DNA from: Candidatus Dormiibacterota bacterium
GTDB lineage: Bacteria; Chloroflexota; Dormibacteria; Aeolococcales; Aeolococcaceae
DNA length: 64,000 bases
NCBI GenBank assembly: GCA_963718525.1
Contig: OY970355.1
Span: 1,216,001-1,280,000 of the forward strand
Reading direction: 5' to 3'
Shown in pieces: positions 37,929 to 47,819 of the stretch. Within the stretch, counting starts at the first letter, position 1; the number at the start of each line of letters is the position of its first letter. The notes under the pieces were generated by a model that was not told the origin of the DNA, searched no databases, and worked only from the letters and a program-made list of their open reading frames with translations. Both the position numbers and the translations under genes were made by a program.

Positions 37929-39215
37929 CTAACGACGATCGACAGCGGTCGCCAGACGTTGCCTGGCAACGGCATCGATGCTGTCACTCAGCACCTCCGC
38001 AAGATCGTAGAGTTCGGCAGGGGTGGTGATCAATGGAGGGGAGATGTGCAGTGCCTTGCCGACCAGCCCACGCGTCAGTACGCCACGCTCGTGGGCGGCC
38101 CGGACCACTCGATCGATGATCCCGGGATCATCGATCAGGGCGTCGGAAGTGAGCTCAACGGCACCCGTGAGGCCGGCGGTCCTCACCTCTGCCACCAGCG
38201 GGTGACCTGAGAGTGCCGAGAGCGCGGAGGCCAACGTTCCTTCCAGAGAACGCACACGCACCAGCAGGCCCTCCGCTTCGATCACGTCCAGGTTTGCCAG
38301 CGCCACCGCAGCCCCGGTGGCGTGACCGGAATACGTGTAGCCGTGTCGGAGCAAGCCAGCGCTGCCTCGCCAGAAGGGCTCCTGGATTCGCGGTCCGCAA
38401 ATGACCACTCCAACGGGAAAGTATCCCGACGTGATGCCCTTGGCGCCCAGGATGACGTCGGCCTGGATGCCATAGCGCTCGCTCGCGAACCAGTGGGCGA
38501 GGCGACCAAACCCAGTGACCACCTCGTCGACAACAAGCAGGACGTCGTGGGCGCCGCAGAGCTCTTGGACGCGAGCCCAGTAACCGTCCACGGGTGGGTA
38601 GACGCCGCCGGCACCGATCATCGGCTCGGCAAAGAATGCTGCCACCCGGCCGGAATGCTCCTGAAGGATTCGCTCCAGATCCGCAGTGTCATCACGTGCA
38701 ACCCGGACGACCCCGGGAACCAGCTCACCGTAGCCCGCCGCGTTGGCTGGTATCCCGGCAAGGCTGGTGCCATAAGTATTCATGCCGTGATACGCCCCAT
38801 CACGGACCACGAACAGCTGCCGCTCAGGGTGCCCGACCGCATCCCAGTAGCGGCGGACCAGCTTTGCAGCGGTGTCGACAGCATCCGATCCGCCGGTGGT
38901 GAAAAAGGCCACCGCCTCTGGGATCGGAGCCAGGGAACAGACCCGTTCTGCAAGTTCTATAACCGGCTCATTCGCATAGCTGCCGAAGGTGGAATACGAA
39001 TCGAGCCGTCGCATCTGTCTGGCTGCGGCATCCGCCAGCTCGGCGCGGCCGTGTCCGACGTTGCAGTACCAGAGGCTGGCGGTGGCATCGTAGTAGCGGC
39101 GCCCGGCACGATCCCACACCCATGCTCCCTCGCCGCGATCGAGGATGACCTCGTTGCCGGCAACGTTGCTCATGTCCGAGAAGGGATGCCAAAAACGCGT
39201 GGAACCCGTGGTCAT
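37929..39215 (-). CDS. Class III aminotransferase (omega-amino acid/BioA-like)
   Basis: FWHPF, SLWYCNVGHGR, GGSDAVDTA, AYHG, EPMIGAGG, DEVVTGFGR, AKGITSGY. Confidence 0.93.
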   Translation of the reverse strand: MTTGSTRFWHPFSDMSNVAGNEVILDRGEGAWVWDRAGRRYYDATASLWYCNVGHGRAELADAAARQMRRLDSYSTFGSYANEPVIELAERVCSLAPIPEAVAFFTTGGSDAVDTAAKLVRRYWDAVGHPERQLFVVRDGAYHGMNTYGTSLAGIPANAAGYGELVPGVVRVARDDTADLERILQEHSGRVAAFFAEPMIGAGGVYPPVDGYWARVQELCGAHDVLLVVDEVVTGFGRLAHWFASERYGIQADVILGAKGITSGYFPVGVVICGPRIQEPFWRGSAGLLRHGYTYSGHATGAAVALANLDVIEAEGLLVRVRSLEGTLASALSALSGHPLVAEVRTAGLTGAVELTSDALIDDPGIIDRVVRAAHERGVLTRGLVGKALHISPPLITTPAELYDLAEVLSDSIDAVARQRLATAVDRR

Positions 39216-39304
39216 GGACGTCTCCCCACTTTCGACATACCGACGAGGCGGCTGACCGTACTCCACCGGAACGTCACTCTGGCCGCGTCGGCGTCTGCGG
39301 CGGT

Positions 39305-39868
39305 TCAACGCCGCGTAACGGGGAGCACCTCGCGAAGGGCCGGGTCTTTCAGGTAGCGGCTCACGACCGCAATCGCCTCGTCGGGTCCTCCGGCGAGGGA
39401 ATCCGCGAACCACCCGCCGTCATAGGGCGCGTTGACGGCCCGGAGCAAGTCCGCGGCGGGTTGGTGCCGAGGTGGGGGCACATCGGGGACGAGCTTGTAG
39501 GCGAGGATCGTGCGATTACCCGCCCTCGCGATGCCGACCGAATCGATCACGTCCCAGCGGGTGAGACTGCTGTAGGGGTACTGCCGAAGGATCAATCCAT
39601 CGCGCGTGAGTTCCAGGGACGGGCGGACGACCACGGCCGTGGTCGCGAGGCCGATCAGCGGAGCGGCCATGATGAACCAGCCGATGGTGGCGCCCACCAG
39701 CAGGCAGATGACCCCGGCGATTTCGGTGACCGCCAGGAGGGGTAGCACCAGCGCAACCGGTCGTCGAGCGCGGAACACGATCCTGCCTCGTCGAACCATG
39801 AGCGCCGCGGGGAGCTCTGCGGGGTTGGGCACCTCGGTCATCGGTTCGATCGTAGCCGTGCCTGCCAT
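39305..39868 (-). CDS. Hypothetical membrane protein with a PH-like domain
   Basis: Two TM segments followed by LELTRDGLILR...TRWDVI; start uncertain. Confidence 0.65.
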   Translation of the reverse strand: MAGTATIEPMTEVPNPAELPAALMVRRGRIVFRARRPVALVLPLLAVTEIAGVICLLVGATIGWFIMAAPLIGLATTAVVVRPSLELTRDGLILRQYPYSSLTRWDVIDSVGIARAGNRTILAYKLVPDVPPPRHQPAADLLRAVNAPYDGGWFADSLAGGPDEAIAVVSRYLKDPALREVLPVTRR

Positions 39869-39892
39869 CCTTCCCGGGTGCTTCTCGCCCTG

Positions 39893-40123
39893 ATGCTCCT
39901 CGACATCGGATCGGTGCTCGTCGGCATCGGCCTGGCGGTGGTTGCCTTCATCGTGGTGATCGCCGTTTGTGTGCTGATCCTTCGGCTGCTGGCTGTCATC
40001 CTTCCGTCATACGAGCAGGCGGACCCACCAGTGGACGCCTCCGACGAGCCGGTCGCCGGAGAACCCGCCACCGCTGAACCGCCATCGGCGGGACCTCAGG
40101 CGGACGATGCTCCCGAGGCATGA
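39893..40123 (+). CDS. Small hypothetical membrane protein
   Basis: Long hydrophobic N-terminus and acidic Pro-rich tail. Confidence 0.55.
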   Translation: MLLDIGSVLVGIGLAVVAFIVVIAVCVLILRLLAVILPSYEQADPPVDASDEPVAGEPATAEPPSAGPQADDAPEA

Positions 40124-40162
40124 CCTCCGGGGGTTGCGCTCCATGCCCTGGACGGGCTAACA

Positions 40163-40198
40163 TTCATAAGCGATCCTTTATGAAAGATTCCTTTATGA
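40163..40198 (+). promoter_or_regulatory. Putative ArsR operator
   Basis: AT-rich inverted repeat TTCATAA-GCGATCCT-TTATGAA and a second CCTTTATGA copy, overlapping the arsR start. Confidence 0.5.
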
Positions 40199-40577
40199 GT
40201 TCCGAAGCCCCAGCGCGCCCCCCGCGGCGTGCGCTCCCGGGAAGCATCGCCATCGGCGCGAGTGACCTGTCCGTCTATTTCGAGGGACTCGCCAATCCGA
40301 CGAGACTGCTGATTGTCGAGCGGCTCGCGGCGACCCCCGAGATGCGCGTGTCAGAACTTGCAGATTTCTGTCAGGTCAGTCAGCCACGGATGAGCTGGCA
40401 CCTGCGCATTCTTCGCAAGGCGGAGGTGATCCGCACCCGTCGCGAGGGGCGAGAGGTGTTCTGCCGGCTCGATCGGGACGCCATTGCCACCCATTTCAAG
40501 AGCTTCGCTCGGCTGATCTCCTCAGCAGGGATGCCCGCCGAGATCACATCAACAGCACCGATACACGAGGGCGCGTC

Positions 40578-40581
<4 letters not shown>
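40180..40581 (+). CDS. ArsR/SmtB family regulator
   Basis: [40 protein letters not shown]; GTGA-coupled to ino1; start may be 40195. Confidence 0.88.
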
Positions 40582-41735
<1,154 letters not shown>

Positions 41736-41765
41736 CCCGCCGAGCGATCGGAGGAGCCGACAGCG

Positions 41766-42740
41766 TTGATGCAGGCCGGCGACGTGGTGATCAAGGCGGG
41801 CGCGCGCAAGCGCGCTGCGCGGGATCCGATGCTGCCGTACTACGCGTATCGCGGCGCCGAGGCTCTGGTAGGCGCGCTGCCACAGTCAGTCTCGTACTGG
41901 CTCGGTGACCGCGCCGCCGACGCACTTCTGGCCACCGTGCCAAACCGGTTCGATGGTCTTCGCGACAACCTCCGCCACGTCGTTCCGGGCATCGGCGACC
42001 GGTCGCTCAACCACCTGGTCCGTCGCAACCTACGCAACCTCACGCACTGCTGGGTCGATGTGATGGAGATGTCCTCGCGACGGACCGACCTGCCGTCGCG
42101 GATCGACATCAAGGAGCTCTACCACTTCGAGGACGCAATCGCGCGGGGCAACGGCGTGGTGGTCGCGTCGATGCACTTCGGGTCGTGGGAGGTCGGCCTG
42201 GCCGGCTGGAACAAGATGGGCGGCAAGATGGCGCTCCTCGCCGAGGTGCTCCGTCCGAAAGAGCTCTTCGATCGAGTGGTCGGGGCACGGCGAGCGCAGG
42301 GCGTCCATATCATTCCGATCGATACCCAGGCGATGCGTGAGGGGGACCCCCAGGCCGCTCGACGCCTCGGCGCCGCGTCGATGCGCGAGGTGTTCAAGGT
42401 GCTGCGCTCCGGCGGAGTCGTGGCCATGGCCCTCGACCGGGATCTCATCGGCAACGGCGAGCCGCTCGAGTTCTTCGGGCGGCCGGCGCCGATCCCCATC
42501 GGCGCGGTGGAGATCGCCATCCGAGCCGGGGCGGCGATCGTCCCCATCGTGCTCTTCCGAGATCGATATCGGGTCAATGCCGTGGTGCATCCTGAGATCT
42601 CCTACTCGCCAGACGCCCCCAGGGATGCCGAGGTGCGCAAGACTGCGCAGATGCTGCTGCGAATCTTCGAAGGGGCGATCCGCGAGCATCCCGAGCAATG
42701 GCACGTCCTCGATCCAATCTGGCCGGCGGCCGGGACGTGA
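41766..42740 (+). CDS. Phosphatidylinositol mannoside acyltransferase-like (PatA/LpxL family)
   Basis: Hx4E motif HFGSWE, ALDRDL, HPEQWH; located between ino1 and the pimA-like gene. Confidence 0.85.
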   Translation: MMQAGDVVIKAGARKRAARDPMLPYYAYRGAEALVGALPQSVSYWLGDRAADALLATVPNRFDGLRDNLRHVVPGIGDRSLNHLVRRNLRNLTHCWVDVMEMSSRRTDLPSRIDIKELYHFEDAIARGNGVVVASMHFGSWEVGLAGWNKMGGKMALLAEVLRPKELFDRVVGARRAQGVHIIPIDTQAMREGDPQAARRLGAASMREVFKVLRSGGVVAMALDRDLIGNGEPLEFFGRPAPIPIGAVEIAIRAGAAIVPIVLFRDRYRVNAVVHPEISYSPDAPRDAEVRKTAQMLLRIFEGAIREHPEQWHVLDPIWPAAGT

Positions 42741-43909
42741 TGAAGATCTGTCTGGTCTCCCCATACGACTTCATGCACCCCGGGGGAGTCACGGAGCACG
42801 TACGCCACCTCTCGGCAAAGCTTCGGGCACGCGGGCACGACGTCACTGTGCTCGCGCCGTCGAGCCGCGTCGGCGACGACCATGGCATCCCCGGGTACGT
42901 GCGCATCGGCCGCAGCGTCCCGGTGCGGACCAATGGGTCGGTGGCGCGCATCGCCCTCTCATTCCACCTGGTGCGTCGGGTTCGCGCGCTTCTCGACGAG
43001 AACCACTTCGACGTCGTTCACTATCACGAGCCGCTGGTGCCCTCACTACCGATCACCGTGCTCCGCTTCCACAGTGGAGCGAACGTCGGGACGTTCCATG
43101 CGATGGCGCGGCGAAACCTCGGCTACTACTACGGCAGGCCGTTTCTCAAGCGCTATTTCAACCGTCTTCACGTGCACGTGGCGGTGAGCGTCCCCGCGCG
43201 AGACTTCATCGCGAGGTATTTCGAGGGAGAGTATCGGGTCGTCCCGAACGGCATCGACTGCTCGCGTTTCAATCCCAAGCATCCGAAGCTCGAGGAGCTG
43301 CGTACCCCGGGCAAGGCAACGATCCTGTTTGTTGGGCGTCTCGAGTCGCGCAAGGGCCTGCCGACGCTGCTCGAAGCGTACGGCCAGCTGCGTCGCAGTC
43401 GTGACGATGCGCGACTTGTCGTCGTAGGAGACGGCCCGATGCGCTGGGGATACGAGAGTCAGGTGGCGGCGATGGGCATCCCCGACGTGGAATTCGCAGG
43501 CAGAGTATCCGCGGAACTGCTACCGCGGTACTACGCCTCGGCAGACATCTTCTGCGCACCCGCGACCGGCGGTGAGAGCTTCGGGATCGTGCTGTTGGAG
43601 GCGATGGCCAGCGGCGTTCCGGTGATCGCGTCGTCGATACCCGGCTTCAGCAGCGTGATCCTCCACGACGTCGACGGTGTACTGGTGCCCCCGCGCCACC
43701 CGAAGGACTGGGCGGCGGCGCTCGACGCACTGATCGATGACCCGTCGCGGCGCATCGAGATGAGCGAGCGCGGGCTCGCCAAAGCGCAGCTGTATGACTG
43801 GGAACATGTCGTCGACGAGGTTCTCGACGTGTATCGCGTGGCACGTGAACGTGCGGGAGCGAGCACGGTGGTATCCGGTGTTCACGTCCAGGCTCCAGGA
43901 CTGGGTTAG
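42740..43909 (+). CDS. pimA: Phosphatidyl-myo-inositol alpha-mannosyltransferase (GT4, PimA-like)
   Basis: MKICLVSPYDF..PGGV..HV, NGSVARI, HYHEP, GTFH, GESFGIVLLEAMA. Confidence 0.8.
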   Translation: MKICLVSPYDFMHPGGVTEHVRHLSAKLRARGHDVTVLAPSSRVGDDHGIPGYVRIGRSVPVRTNGSVARIALSFHLVRRVRALLDENHFDVVHYHEPLVPSLPITVLRFHSGANVGTFHAMARRNLGYYYGRPFLKRYFNRLHVHVAVSVPARDFIARYFEGEYRVVPNGIDCSRFNPKHPKLEELRTPGKATILFVGRLESRKGLPTLLEAYGQLRRSRDDARLVVVGDGPMRWGYESQVAAMGIPDVEFAGRVSAELLPRYYASADIFCAPATGGESFGIVLLEAMASGVPVIASSIPGFSSVILHDVDGVLVPPRHPKDWAAALDALIDDPSRRIEMSERGLAKAQLYDWEHVVDEVLDVYRVARERAGASTVVSGVHVQAPGLG

Positions 43910-44505
43910 GTCCGGCGCTCGCCGCGTCGTTCCTGCCCTTCGCGCACTGCACCTGACGCCGAACATCATCACCATGCTCGGGCTGGGCATCTGTGCCGGC
44001 TCCGCCGTGCTCATCGCGCTGGGATTTCTTCTGCCTGGCGGACTTCTGTTGCTGATCGCCAGCGGCTTCGACATCCTTGACGGCGCCCTGGCGCGAAGTC
44101 AGCGGCCGCGAGCAGCGCTATGGAGCGTTCCTCGACTCGACGGTGGATCGCTACGCGGAGGCGATGACATCCATCGCGCTGCTTGCGTACTTCCTCTTTC
44201 ACGGCCATCACACCCTTGAGCCCATGCTCGTGGTGTTTGCGTTGACGGGCTCGCTGTTGGTGTCGTACGTGCGCGCCCGCGCACAGTCGCTGGGATTCAA
44301 CGGCGACGGCGGGCTGCTCGCCCGTCCGGAGCGCGTGGTGATCACCGTGATCGGCCTCGTGATCGCGCCGCTGCTCATCTGGGCGCTGTGGATCCTGGCC
44401 ATCCTCACCAACGTGACCGCGGTGCAGCGGATCTGGGTTGTGTGGCAGCAGGCACGACGCATCGCAGCCGAGACACGCAGCGCCCCCGGAGTCAGCACCG
44501 GATAG
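43878..44505 (+). pseudogene. pgsA: Phosphatidylinositol phosphate synthase (CDP-alcohol phosphatidyltransferase) split by a +1 frameshift at 44096-44097 (possibly a sequencing error)
   Basis: Frame 1 gives LTPNIIT...FDILDGALAR and frame 2 gives VSGREQRYGAFLDSTVDR...SYVRARA..RPER; removing one A restores the exact DxxDGxxAR-x8-GxxxDxxxD motif. Confidence 0.85.
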
Positions 44506-44510
44506 GTCGC

Positions 44511-45020
44511 TCACGGGAGTGCGACGTCCTGACGCGGATCCTCAGCGATGCCATCGCGCCGGATCTCGAAGTGCAGGTGCGGGCCGGTGGCGTTGCCACT
44601 TGACCCCATGGTGCCGATGACCTGACCCGACACAACGTACGTGCCGTTCGCGACGATGACCGTGTCGAGGTGTCCGTAGAGGCTGCTGAGCCCGCCGCCA
44701 TGATCGATGATCACGTGAAGTCCGTACCCCGTCGCCGAGACGATGACGGTGACGGTGCCGGGGAGCGTTGCCATCACCGGTGTGCCCCGCGCCGCGGCCA
44801 GGTCGATGCCGGAATGCCAGTGGCGGCCGGGACAAGCGAGGTCCACCGGCTCGAAGGCGTAGCTCGTGCACCCGAACCCCTGGGAGATCCACGAATGCGT
44901 CACGGGTTTGACGAACGCAGCACCTGTCGCAGTGCCTCCAACCGCAGCGCTCGCAAGCGCCGTGCCGCCGACGAGGCCGAGGGACAACAGCCCAACGAGC
45001 AACGCGAAAGCGCGAATCAC
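44511..45020 (-). CDS. M23 family metallopeptidase with a signal peptide
   Basis: HSGIDLA, SLYGHL, GNATGPHLHFEIR; GTG start overlapping the upstream stop. Confidence 0.92.
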   Translation of the reverse strand: MIRAFALLVGLLSLGLVGGTALASAAVGGTATGAAFVKPVTHSWISQGFGCTSYAFEPVDLACPGRHWHSGIDLAAARGTPVMATLPGTVTVIVSATGYGLHVIIDHGGGLSSLYGHLDTVIVANGTYVVSGQVIGTMGSSGNATGPHLHFEIRRDGIAEDPRQDVALP

Positions 45021-45961
45021 AGCGCGGCCCGATGACGCACGACATGGTGTGCCGGCGCCAGCGCCTTGTGCATCGAACGCTGGACGTGGCGCATCGCGGT
45101 GTGCGCGTGGGTCTCGACGTGGGTTGCCGCATGGAGGGTCCCGGGGACCTTGAGCACGATCCAGAGGATCGCCAGCGCGAACAGGCTCTCTGCGATACCG
45201 CTCCCGGCGCCGAATCCGACGGCGGTCGCGACCCGAAGGATGATCAGCTGGACGGCCTGCATGAACACGGCGACCATGAACAGGCGAAGCCACGTGGACG
45301 CATAACGGCGCGTTTCAGGAAGCACCGAGCACAACGCGGCAAGCGGGGCGAGCACGACGAGGATGTCAAGCAGCGCCGTGCGAATGACATATGTGAGCAC
45401 GAGAATCACGACCGCTACGACGACGCCCAGCGCGAACAACGCGTGGAAGAGATCCTGTGAACCCTGGATGATCGAGACGGTCACTGCGCTCATCGAGCCT
45501 GACCACGGAAGGGAGTCGATGGTCAAGGTGCCGCCAAGGGACTGTGTGACGCCGCCGATCGCGTTGTTGAGATCGATGGCCATCTGGATGAAGTAGATCG
45601 ACCCATGGACCATCACGAGTGCCGCCATGACACGTGGGATCACCAGATGCAGCGCGTAGCGCGCGTGGATCGAGTGCTCGAAGATGCTCCGCAGCGAGGC
45701 GTACAGCAGCAAAGCGCCGACCAGGACGTCCGCGACCAGCGCGAGCGACCCGTTCAAGCGCGCGATCGCCGGGTTCGCTGTCAACGCACGGACGCCGGCG
45801 GCAGTCGGATCGACTGTGGTGAACAGGTAGCGGCTCAGCTCGGAGTCAAGGTCGGCGCGAGCGGTTCCGATGAAATGTGAGAGCACGCCGGTCAGCAGTT
45901 GGAGGATCGTGCCGAGGGGATCGCGGATCCCCTGCACGATTCCAGGAATCGATTGCATCAA
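45017..45961 (-). CDS. VirB6/TrbL-like polytopic membrane protein
   Basis: Several TM helices; YVIRTALLDILVVLAPLAALCSVLPETRRYASTW...VFMQAVQ resembles Gram-positive TrbL-like proteins. Confidence 0.75.
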   Translation of the reverse strand: MMQSIPGIVQGIRDPLGTILQLLTGVLSHFIGTARADLDSELSRYLFTTVDPTAAGVRALTANPAIARLNGSLALVADVLVGALLLYASLRSIFEHSIHARYALHLVIPRVMAALVMVHGSIYFIQMAIDLNNAIGGVTQSLGGTLTIDSLPWSGSMSAVTVSIIQGSQDLFHALFALGVVVAVVILVLTYVIRTALLDILVVLAPLAALCSVLPETRRYASTWLRLFMVAVFMQAVQLIILRVATAVGFGAGSGIAESLFALAILWIVLKVPGTLHAATHVETHAHTAMRHVQRSMHKALAPAHHVVRHRAAL

Positions 45962-45967
45962 GCCGGC

Positions 45968-46207
45968 TCAGTGAATCGTTGCCGGGACGCTGGCGATGAG
46001 CGCGTGGGTGAGCGTGCCCGCGACTTCGACGCCGATGGTGCCGAAGACGATGCGGCCGATCCATTTCTTCGCCTGGGCCACGCTCGCCGGATCGACGGCC
46101 ACGATCTTGTACATGAACGCGATCAGGAATGCGAGTGCGCCGACGCTGGCGAGCAGTCCCTGGGCGATGAGGATCCAGTTGTCGATGAGCGCCTTGAGTT
46201 GAATCAC
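45968..46207 (-). CDS. Small TrbC/VirB2-like pilin (79 aa)
   Basis: Two hydrophobic helices split by DPASVAQAKKWI; RBS GGAGG; first gene ahead of the VirB6-like gene. Confidence 0.6.
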   Translation of the reverse strand: MIQLKALIDNWILIAQGLLASVGALAFLIAFMYKIVAVDPASVAQAKKWIGRIVFGTIGVEVAGTLTHALIASVPATIH

Positions 46208-46283
46208 GACGAGCGACCTCCGTACATGTGCGGTGTCGGTCGCCCCTCCGGCCGGTCCAGGCGAGCGCCCGGACAATCAGCAG

Positions 46284-46311
46284 ACTATACGGATTTGTGT
46301 ATGTCTGTCAA
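46284..46311 (-). promoter_or_regulatory. Promoter with a TACACAAATCCGTATA box
   Basis: Minus strand TTGACA-GACATACACAAATCCG-TATAGT; the box recurs at 50291-50306. Confidence 0.7.
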
Positions 46312-46485
46312 GTGCGGGATCGCCGCACTTGGATGTGGCCGCACTGGGATAACTTGGTCACGTCGCTGGCGTGCACCTGCCGGCCCTCAACAGTTATCGC
46401 TAACCGTTCGGGATCGCGCCCACGCGCGGTGGCATGGAGGCATGCCGGGCGATAAACTCGCGCCGTTCTACTCTGCTGGAGGCTC

Positions 46486-47493
46486 ATGAAACTCGCTGCA
46501 TACGCCCGCCAGCCGCTGCTGTTCGGACCCTCGCCTGTGCATCGCCTTGAGCGGCTCACCACATCGCTGGGCGGCGCCGAGGTGTGGGCGAAGCGCGAGG
46601 ACTGCAACAGCGGTCTCGCCTTCGGAGGCAACAAGACGAGGAAGCTCGAGTACCTGGTTGCGGACGCCCTGGCCCAGGGCTGCGACACGCTGGTCTCCAT
46701 CGGGGGTGTGCAGTCCAACCATACCCGTCAGGTTGCCGCAGCGGCGGCATGCATGGGCATGCGATGCGTGCTCGTCCAGGAGAGCTGGGTCGACTGGCCT
46801 GATCCTGTCTATGACAAGGTTGGCAACATCCTGCTCAGCCGCATCCTCGGCGCGGACATCAGGATGGTGAAGGAGGGGTTCGGCATCGGCTTCAAAGCAA
46901 GCTGGGAACAGGCACTTGCAGATGTTCGGAATGCGGGTCGCAAACCGTATGCCATCCCGGCCGGCGCATCGGATCACCCGTTGGGGGGTCTTGGATTTGC
47001 CCGGTGGGCTCAGGAGGTCGAAGCTCAGGAGCGGGCGTTGGGGATTTTTTTCGACACGATCATCGTCTGCTCGGTTACGGGAAGCACCCAGGCGGGCATG
47101 ATCGCCGGTTTCGCCGCGCAGGACCGACCGCGGCGTGTCATCGGTATCGATGCATCGGCCAAGCCTGAGGAAACGCTTGAACAGGTCACCCGAATCGCTC
47201 GACAGACAGCCGGGCTGATCGACATCGGCCGTGAGCTGCGCAGCGACGAGATCATCCTGGACGCCCGCTACCACGCGGGCACGTACGGGCTTGCCGACCG
47301 GCAAACCGTCGAAGCGATCAAGCTGGGTGCGCGGCTCGAGGGAATGATCACTGACCCCGTCTACGAGGGCAAATCACTTGCGGGCTTGATCGACATGATC
47401 TCCACCAAGGAGATCCCCAGCAGTTCGACGGTCCTCTATGCCCACCTCGGCGGGCAGCCGGCAATCAACGGATACAGCTCGCTCTTTTCCTGA
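46486..47493 (+). CDS. acdS: 1-aminocyclopropane-1-carboxylate deaminase
   Basis: [21 protein letters not shown] (PLP Lys), [20 protein letters not shown] (E295 equivalent), YAHLGG (L322 equivalent). Confidence 0.95.
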   Translation: MKLAAYARQPLLFGPSPVHRLERLTTSLGGAEVWAKREDCNSGLAFGGNKTRKLEYLVADALAQGCDTLVSIGGVQSNHTRQVAAAAACMGMRCVLVQESWVDWPDPVYDKVGNILLSRILGADIRMVKEGFGIGFKASWEQALADVRNAGRKPYAIPAGASDHPLGGLGFARWAQEVEAQERALGIFFDTIIVCSVTGSTQAGMIAGFAAQDRPRRVIGIDASAKPEETLEQVTRIARQTAGLIDIGRELRSDEIILDARYHAGTYGLADRQTVEAIKLGARLEGMITDPVYEGKSLAGLIDMISTKEIPSSSTVLYAHLGGQPAINGYSSLFS

Positions 47494-47598
47494 TAGGAAG
47501 AGTTGGGACTGCCCAACCCGTCCGGGACTCACCAACGCATCACGGTGACGCTGCGATGGCCGGACGATTCGGGCCGGCATCCTTGATCACTCCCATGA

Positions 47599-47628
47599 GA
47601 GGCCCCTGGCACGCGTGCCAGGGGCCTC
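47599..47628. repeat. Perfect 30-bp palindrome (possible terminator hairpin)
   Basis: GAGGCCCCTGGCACGCGTGCCAGGGGCCTC is its own reverse complement. Confidence 0.85.
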
Positions 47629-47644
47629 CTTCAGGAAGGGAATG

Positions 47645-47771
47645 AGTTTCGGGGCCACGAGAGACCTGGTCGATCCGGGCCGCGGCGACGCACCTTATCC
47701 CGCCGGCCGGGGGCGTGTCGGTGATCCGGATCACAGGCCCACGGCCACGTACTCGCCCCGCACCCAAAACT
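47645..47771 (-). ncRNA. Candidate structured non-coding RNA (unassigned)
   Basis: Nested helices on the minus strand: AGTTTTGGG/CCCGAAACT, GGGCCTG/CAGGTCT, TGATCCGG/CCGGATCG, CGACACGCC/GGTGCGTCG, CCCG/CGGG; G-U pairs favour the minus strand. Confidence 0.4.
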
Positions 47772-47819
47772 TGTACTAATCTCAGTAGCCACTGATAAAC
47801 ACCGTCGAGGAGAAGAAGC

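Larger units (their letters stand above)
10502..39215. other. Putative catabolic genomic island (~29 kb)
   Basis: About 30 contiguous catabolic, transport and regulatory genes starting next to a tRNA; by eye, more A/T at third codon positions than the flanks; no integrase or att repeats seen. Confidence 0.55.

Noticed and set aside
44511-46311. Intact ICE or conjugative element
   Set aside because: No VirB4, coupling protein, relaxase, integrase or att sites in the window.
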